The notes beneath the pieces were generated by a model that saw only the letters and a program-made list of their open reading frames with translations, did no database searches and was not told where the DNA came from. A stretch of 60,739 nucleotides of DNA, filler included, from Platydemus manokwari (lineage: Eukaryota): NCBI GenBank assembly GCA_037951405.1. It is 5 parts of 5 records of this genome, joined end to end, with 100 filler letters (N's around TTAATTAATTAA, not from the genome) between each part and the next. Parts side by side here need not be neighbours in the genome. Positions count along the whole stretch, not along the records: positions 50,277 to 60,739 come from JBBMOY011131884.1; 4 more parts are not named here. One strand, given 5' to 3'. Of this stretch, positions 52,307 through 60,739 are shown one piece after another (position 1 is the stretch's first letter; every line of letters starts with the position of its first letter). The translations under genes and the position numbers were made by a program.

Positions 52307-54322
52307 TCAAATCAGAGGTTTGGCTGAATATTAAAATAAAACAGGCGCACACTGAGTTTAACATTGTCATTGAACGGTTTAGGTTTTAGCTCAATAAACT
52401 CAATCCAAATCAATTAACACGAAAAAAATGATTGAAATACATGCAAAACGATTTATTAAGGAAATTCTTATTCCTTCATAAATGTGCTGAAATTGCATTC
52501 TACACCACCATGTCTTTTCACGAATCCCTAATGGTTGATGTTGACAAAACATTCCATTTCAATAAGATGATTGTGAGCATTTTAAATTGAAGTGAAATGT
52601 TTACAGATTTAATTCTGTATAAAAGTGTTTGGTATGATATCAATTTAATTTGTTTAAATAACTATGTAGAGAATATATAAAGAAGATGTAGATAAGATAT
52701 AAAGAACAGTTCGGGAAGATATAAAACAAATAGAAGAACAAAAGTTTTTCTATGTCGATAAATATGTGAGCATTCGATACAATGCCAATTTAGAACACAA
52801 ACAAAATCAAAGATTTTTAAAGAAAAGCGGATGAATTAAAATGTTTACAGATTTTTTCTATATAAAATATAATTGTGTATAAAAATTCTTTATATAAAAT
52901 TAAATTAATTATTTTTAGTAATTGTATTTAAATATACTTTGATGCTGTGAATTTTCAGTTTGTTTTTAACTTGTGGTTTTTAATATAGTAGCGGATTGCA
53001 GTGATATTGAAATGGTTAACAAACAAGGCTTCCCGGTTATCAAATGCTTGATTAGAATTATAATGATTTCAACAATAAAATTGGATTCATTGATTAAGGT
53101 TGTCACATCACAAAATCAGCCCATTATAAAGCAGTCGAACAGTATTCAAATCAGTTATTGAAGTGCAATTAGATGAAAATTAAATGAGAAATAAAAAGCA
53201 CTGAAAGGAAAAACGTGCGAAATTATTACTGAGATATATTTATAAAAAGAAAAAGTAATACCTTCGGGAAATGACATACCAAAGGAAATATATTCAAACA
53301 TCGATCAATTCATTTATGGGAAGTGCTCTTTGTTTCGAAACAAATGATATACAGATTTGCAAAGATATTTCAAGCATTACTAAAACGTGTATTGGGAATA
53401 ATAATAATTATTATTATCAGTCCACTATTATTATTATAAAAATGTATTCATTTAGAATCTTTTTTTAACATTATCCATAGTATTTCAAGTTTATTTTTTC
53501 TTTTCTTTGGTTCTATTTAAGTTCAGCTTTTTAAGTATAATCAATAATTATTATACAAAAGTAAAAAATAATCTTTAAATATTACGAAAATTAACAAACA
53601 ACTTTTAACTAAGCTAAAAAAATAATTGCATCAACTTTTAATGGTTTTGTAATTTTGATTACAATGTGTTACTTTAATAATCAACTTAAACTCACAGAAA
53701 CCAATATGGACAGCATAATAATGTCATCGATCACTCTTATTCTATACACAAAAGCAAATTGAGTACAAAGCATCTATCTGAATGAGAATTTAAATTGAGT
53801 ATCTCAATTTTAAAGTGGAATCCTATTACAATTATTAGAAAGCAATGAGGCTCACCATTTAAAAAGCATTCATTAAAAATAGTTATTTACATTTATTTTA
53901 AAGCCAATAACCAAAATAAAATTATTGAAAGCACTAATGAAACCGTAATGATCTACATCGAGTGTGTGCAATAATCAGAAGTTCGTTGCACGGAAATACA
54001 TTACCAGTTTAAAATTATCATCCGAATACATTGAAAAGAAATTGTTTTATTAAATCCAGCAGTACATAAAAATTAAATCGTCTGCAAACAACCTGCAAAT
54101 CGATATGGTGTGCATAAATGTAGATTTGCAGTTTCCATTTGAAATGATTTCATTGCTTGATGACGGAACGAATTTTAATAAATAAATTTTAAACAAAACC
54201 AAAAATCTTGTCTGGTGCTCGGTAGAATATTGAATGAAAAAAAATTAAACTTTATGAAAATTATCCAAATAGCAAGAAGTTATTTAGTTGAAACATGGCA
54301 GCGTTCATTTGCAAAATGTTTG

Positions 54323-54963
54323 TTATTTATTCAAATCGTATTTGTTTCTCATTTTATCAATTTCCAAAGAATTCAAATCAACATCTGCATCCATTAATTC
54401 AGCTAGTTTATCCAAGCCTTTCTGATAATCGGATTTAGGTTCGACTGATTTTTTTTGAAGATTCGCTGTTTTATTTGTAATAGTCGTCTGATTAACTACG
54501 ATTGATGGCTTTGGATTGTTTGTTTGATTGGGTGTTATGTTTGGCTGATTTACAGAACTATTATTCATATTAGTTACATTTGTCGACGTAATAGTTCCTT
54601 GAAAAGTTTCAGACTTTGGTAAACTTGGATTATTTATATTATTACTAGTTTGAGGGACATTGTTGCTTAGTAACGGATTCATATTTTGCGAATAATTATT
54701 AGGCGGAACACAGTCTGGAATAATAAATCCAATAGGTGGTGGAGCTCCTCCTTGATGATAACTTTGTGTCTGAAAAGGAGCACTTGGTGGAGCAGTTGGT
54801 CCAAAATTTTGTTGTGGCTAAGAACCATTAAAAAAATATAAAAATCATAATAAACATAACTGCTTACATATTGATTATAATTTACATTGCTATAATTAGT
54901 AGACCAACCAGCCCCAACATTTGCATTAGGATAATTATACATGTTGTTGTAACCAGGATTCAT
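54323..54963 (-). CDS. Two-exon 196-aa N/P/Q-rich orphan protein (exon 1 54868-54963, 50-nt intron 54818-54867, exon 2 54323-54817)
   Basis: A phase-0 GTAAG...TTAG intron joins the two ORF-track entries into one frame: ...NYNQY/PQQNFGPTAPPSAPFQTQSYHQGGAPPPIGFIIPDCVPPNNYSQNMNPLL...KYDLNK*. Confidence 0.85.
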
Positions 54964-56832
54964 AACTCCGAAAAATTAAAAAATAGACAATTGAACTGTA
55001 ATGATTTATAATTGATTAAAATTAAGTATTTAAACAACTCATTATTGTCAGAGGAAAATTACAAAAAGGTTTATAAATACGAATTTTAAAAATTGATTGA
55101 TACTTTGATAATACAACCTTATCCTGTTATCCATTTAAAGTAATAGAATGCGAAGTCTGGATTTATTTCTGTAAATTTTAAAGATTATTTTTAATATTCC
55201 TAACTTAAATTTTTCAATTATTTTAATTGATAGACTGAAACTGAAGTACTTAGTCTTATTTACCTTTTAAATAAAATAATTATTACAACTTTTCATTAGG
55301 CTTTATTGAAATATTTTCACATAATTATTTTTTTAAAACTTTTTCCTATAATATTACATAAACGTTTTTTTTTACATTTTCACAATAAAATAATTACATT
55401 GAAAATTATTTACTTTTATATATTAAGAATAATCAAATAATCAGTAAATGCCTTTAATGACAGAAATGTTAAATATACTTACAGCGACTTATGTTTTCAA
55501 TTATTAAATTATTAGACATTGTTAGATCCCGAAACATAACAATTTTTTTGTATAACAATTAATGCATGTTTTTTTTTTATTTTTTACAATTTTAACAAAT
55601 AATTGTAAACGTGTCTTTCTTTTTTAATAATTTGATTGTAATTTTTCTATATTTTTGTAAAAATGTATCAATTATAAATGAACAATAAAGCAAAGTGTGC
55701 TATCTGTAAATGAATGGGACCCACAGCCAGAGACTGTCACACCTCCATAATATTAACGGAAACAAAATTCCTTGTGAAAAAAGCGGCTCTGATAACCACC
55801 ATAAAGACTTGTGCAATCATGAATTTACAATACCAGGAATTCGTCCACCTATCATCAAATGACAACTCACCCAGACAATATAAGGTGAACTGATAAGAAA
55901 AGTCAGATGTTTTTATAGCTGGAAAGTTGGCCAGATTAACCTAGTTTACCTTCGAAAAACATTAATAAAAGTAGATGCAAACGGCCACAACAGCGGGTTT
56001 CTTACGCAATTACATCTTCAGGATTTGAAAATTGGACCAAGCTCCAGTAATTCGAATACGAGTATCTAGAATAGATGAAACGCTACAGGAATCACACGAA
56101 AATACCTGTGTTAATTCTAATTTCAAAATAGCATACATTACATATAAAATTTACAAAAAATAAATCTCTTGAATATACATAAATAAATCATTTTTATCTA
56201 ATACAACTAAAATAAAATAATTCAAAAGTGAAAGTTCAAGAGCACAGAGAGCGATCAATATTGTATGAATACCCAACAAAAGACAATAGCAAGCCTATTA
56301 ATTTTCAAACCACTAGCAATCGTAAAATTAACATTTACATACTGCAGGCTACAACCTGTTGTTTATTATTTTAAGTCTAATTTGATTCTGTAAATCATCC
56401 GAAGTGGACCAAGATTTCATGAAAAATCACCAGCCACCATATATTCGAATCAGGAGAAACAAGAAGCAAAGATTAAACCCGCATATAAATTCAATCTGTA
56501 ATTAATTTTCATATTTCATATTTATTTTGGTTTAACACTGCCTTGACAAAGTGATTTAACCCTAAAAGTACCTATAAAGCAGGTCAATTTTGAATTGGAG
56601 TTTAAAATTGATATGGTGGTAAAATTTAATATTTGTTATAATGTAAGTTGTCACTATTTTATAAAACACGAATCGAAAACGAACTAAAAATACACGACAC
56701 CAAATTATTTATTTAAATGCAATTATATAAACTAATTAATATAATTTTTTATAAAATTAAATTCTATACACAATTAAATCTTTAATTCAATTTTAATTTA
56801 ATTTAATTCAATTAAAAATTATCACTTTATAC

Positions 56833-57110
56833 CAGTGATTCCCAAAATTTTCGGGCGTACCGTCCCCTTTTCAAAATAAATATTACTTCAAACTACACAT
56901 ACTTCAATAAAAATTGGTGAGAACGGGGAGTACGTTGTTTAAAGACAAATTAAGCGTTTTGAGCAAACTAGATACATCAACATTTTTAATAATCATTTTA
57001 TTACATGTTTATAGTATTATCGCCCCCAAATGAGCTTGTATTCACCACCAACCCCCTGGATCCTTGCAGCGCCCATCAGGAGGCGGAAGCACCCACTTTG
57101 GGAATCACTG
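56833..57110. mobile_element. hAT (Buster-type) MITE, 278 bp
   Basis: Perfect 14-bp TIR CAGTGATTCCCAAA/TTTGGGAATCACTG; perfect 8-bp TSD CTTTATAC (56825-56832 and 57111-57118). Confidence 0.95.
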
Positions 57111-57320
57111 CTTTATACATTATAGATAAAGGTTTTTATATTAAATTGACTTCAATTATTAATCCATAGGATTCTATAATTCTAGTGTCATTTTGTAAAG
57201 CATTTTTATTAATGATTTGTATAAACGTCATTTGATAATTTCTGATTTGTAAATTAAAATCAGTTAAACAGTTAATTAAAACCAGACTTATATCTCATGT
57301 AAGAGTCATCGAAACTAATT

Positions 57321-57394
57321 TTTCGATTAATAACAAAGTTAAAGAAATATTTGTATACTGTTAAATATTTCTTTAACTTTGTTATTAATCGAAA
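57321..57394. repeat. Perfect 32-bp inverted repeat with a 10-nt loop
   Basis: TTTCGATTAATAACAAAGTTAAAGAAATATTT - GTATACTGTT - exact reverse complement. Confidence 0.95.
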
Positions 57395-58588
57395 TCCACC
57401 AAAAATCTGACTCTTCACAGAAATAAAGTTAAGGTTATAAATAATGAATATGAATCAGTAAATAAAAACGAATATGATAAAAATACTTTTATTGATGAAC
57501 TTGTATACAAATATAAATTGATAAAATGATAAAATTAAACGGGTAAGCTTTATGCCTTAAAGAATGAAAATCGGTGGAGGGTCTACATGCGCCCTACTCC
57601 GAATATAAACTAAAGAAATGATAGCTAAGTTTAAAAATCTGCAAATTCTTACGAATTTGAATAATGAGTCACTGATAATCGATTGTTATTGTTGATAGAT
57701 AAAAATTTATTCTAGAAATTTTGTGCGTTTTGCGTCTTTTGGAATATATAGTTATATAGTTATTTGTATCTATGTAGGTTCTGTTTCGTGCTTGCTTATG
57801 TTCTATTACTTGCATATATTTATGTAGGCCACGATTTGTGCTCGTTTTGTGCGTTGGCCTTCTCTGATGATTTGATTTATTATTGTTGTGGGCTTTGATG
57901 AATAAGCCATTATTCTTTAAATTGATCACTGTTGACCAAAACCGGCTGCCGACAAACTCCACATGCTTGTACTAATGATTAATTCCATTTGGAATTTTGT
58001 TTTTATTTGTAATTTTTTATTATTATTATATTATCTTTACATCTAATTATATTGTGTATGTATTCATTTTGAAAATAATGTCATAATTGGATCTTGATGA
58101 AAATTTAATTTGAAAATTGCGACAATGATTAATATAACAAATACAATTTCCATCTTTTAATTCAAGATGAAATAATTGCAAATGACTGTAAGAACAGAAC
58201 AGTTTATATACTAATTGGAGCAGAAAATTGGAAACTGCTGCTTATTTTATGAAAATGATTATTTATTTTAAATTTGTAATAAATCCATCTCTATTTCCAT
58301 AATAATTCATTGATTATTATTTACATTGAATCATTGCGTTTATACTGCCGCTTATAATTCAAATATCAATCAATTACTTGTCGTTGTCAATCATTTCGCT
58401 AAATAACCAGTGAGTGTTTACATTTGATGAATTGAGTTGAATTTTATATAGCGAATAATGAATTAGATTTGATACATTGAATTATATTATTGAATTAATT
58501 ATTGATATTTTGTTGAAGTATTTTTGAAAACAAACTGGTAGATATTTTTGATTAGCGCTAAAATTCAAACATTAATTATTTACAGATG

Positions 58589-58810
58589 TACCTTCTTGTC
58601 CGGAATATAAGCTGCAGCTTAAAACAGATTTTTAGGATTTATTAAGGCTGGAATATTAGAAGAAAAGCTGGTGATGATGCTAATAAAAGCAAATGTGACA
58701 TTTTAGATGATGAAGAGCATAAAATCTTGCTATACATTTTTAATTTAATTTAATGTTTTAATCAATCAACTCACAGTTAGAGTGCGTCTTATAGTCCGGA
58801 AAATACGGTA
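58589..58810. mobile_element. pogo/Tc2-like (Tc1-mariner superfamily) MITE with TA target duplication
   Basis: The right end reverse complement TACCGTATTTTCCGGACTATAAGACGCA matches the left end TACCTTCTTGTCCGGAATATAAGCTGCA at 22/28 positions. Confidence 0.75.
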
Positions 58811-60739
58811 AGTGTAATCGATGTTATATTAAAGAATTGGTTTTGAAAAATATGGCAACCATCTTCTACAAATAGACATCTCAGTGAAACATTCGTTTAA
58901 TACGGATTGTAAATCTTCATATTTAAAAATGAAAATCTTGATAATTTTGTATGAGAAAATGTTAAAAAAATGTGTAAATTATTCATGTAAAAAAGAGATA
59001 ATTGATGATATATTAATGTTAATGATATATTATTAAAATTAAAAAAAATTAAAAATTAAAAAATTTTAAAACATCATAAACATCCATGCATATGGTAAAT
59101 GCAACCCCGTCAACGCCGTAACGAAATCCAGAACCATAGCAGTAGTGAAGAGTTCCGGTCACAATTCTGACCCCGAAGAATTAATACATCGACAATACTT
59201 AGGTATGAACTTTGAAATTACAATCACCAACTTAAATAAAATTAAAACTTTCAAGATTGAAGCTTCAATTTAAAACACTGACACCAAACATACGTCATTA
59301 TATCACCCTTACAGTGCAGCAATTGGCTGAAAATTCTCAAAAGAGACCTAGCGTTTAAGCTCATACATACGTGATACGCATTTGCGAAACAGACGAGAGT
59401 GACAATTATACCTTATTAGAAGATTAAATGGCATTGAATACTTAATATAACCTTGAAAGTTCCTTAACATTAGAAAAATGTTGTAATAACTATTTGTAGA
59501 AGAAATGATGTCTGTTTAAATCAGTTCAAGTTTTTAATTAATAATACCAATTATATATGAACAAAAATATGAATATGAGTAAAGCAACAATAATTTTTAT
59601 CCATGATTCATCACTTAAATTAGTAATATAAGTTAGAATGGATAGCTGATTTCTCCAACCAAATTCCGACACCTAACAGATTAAAATGTTGCGTGGTACT
59701 GTGTATCAGATTTAAAAATAATAGCCGAAATGATAATATTTAAAAATTATAATAGACATTGACAAATATGTAATACTTTAAATTGATAGAGGAAGTTTAT
59801 TGTCCTGAAGATATGACTAAACGACGGAGAGAACTAACGGTACTCCAATACGATATGTAAAACAATTGTAGCTTGATTTTATGATCCCAATAAATTTTAA
59901 TTGATTTTGTGGACTTTTAGTGATGAATTAAGTGTTCACAAAGAATATCCTGTCAAAGATTAATCCGAAAAAAGTAACTTAAATGACAATAACAATTCAA
60001 TAAAATGGAATAATAAATGCGATATTCCTGTAATCTGACGATTTTACTTGCCAGTAATATAATTGTACTGCTTACCAGTGAACTGTTTTCCCTGCGTGTA
60101 AAATAAATTTCTTGAGAAATTGCACATTTGTATTTAGTGGTTGATTTCGTGAGAAATATCTTGTGCCAAAACTGATTTATAGTTCTGGTTTATATTTAAC
60201 TTAATTCTGTGGCTGGAATGACTAATTTCTTCAATTTTTATTTTTGCTATTGAATTACTAATTAATTTTATTAATATGAATTAAATTTTTGTTGGGAAAC
60301 CACCCACAATACCCAAATGAAAATACAAATCTGAATCTAGAAAAATCCTTGTAAATGTACCATATCTATAGTGAGACTGTCAATAATCCCAATAAATTCA
60401 GTCAAACCGAATTATCAATCGATACAATAACCCAAATAATTTTTTTAATCAAACCAAATGATTTCAATAGTCAATCAATCTGTTAACTGTTCATCGGACA
60501 TTCTGCATCTTAATTCTAAAATTCTTTGATTGAAAGATAACAACTTCATTCTGATTTATAATCTGATTACAGTTTAACTTGATTATTCTTGTGAGAAATG
60601 TTGTACTTAATTGATGATTTTGTTGGAGAAATGGCAAACTCAATTCAAATTAACTGTAACATTATTCACCATTCATTCGAGACCAAAATTATCTCGCTTT
60701 ATTGCATGAAAAACATTTAATATTGATGTAGCTTGCTTA

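Noticed and set aside
52145-52327. Poly-Ile 60-aa ORF
   Set aside because: Translation of an (ATT)n microsatellite

Overview
This is very AT-rich eukaryotic (animal) genomic DNA, not prokaryotic. It consists of five separate contigs joined by artificial 100-bp spacers (44 N + TTAATTAATTAA + 44 N): 1-18775, 18876-29624, 29725-39293, 39394-50176 and 50277-60739. Adjacency across spacers has no biological meaning. Flatworm-type innexins, (ATT)n tracts and a 50-nt GT-AG intron suggest a lophotrochozoan, probably a triclad flatworm (inference). Recognisable genes are a head-to-head pair of divergent intronless innexins and an intronless CIR1. Orphan genes supported by the sequence are an inverted pair of 137-aa Cys-rich paralogs with many synonymous differences, a 197-aa protein with PP1-docking motifs, a 2-exon 196-aa protein with tandem PTAP/PSAP motifs, and two further unknown ORFs. 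The rest is mostly decayed mobile DNA: Ty3/Gypsy gag-pol relics, a Polinton/Maverick pPolB relic, hAT/Buster, piggyBac and pogo-like MITEs, a mariner end, LINE scraps and tandem repeats. The best leads are the 137-aa paralog pair (possible degenerate IL-17-like cystine-knot ligands with a conserved leader) and the non-canonical innexin pair. No new biological system is established by sequence alone.
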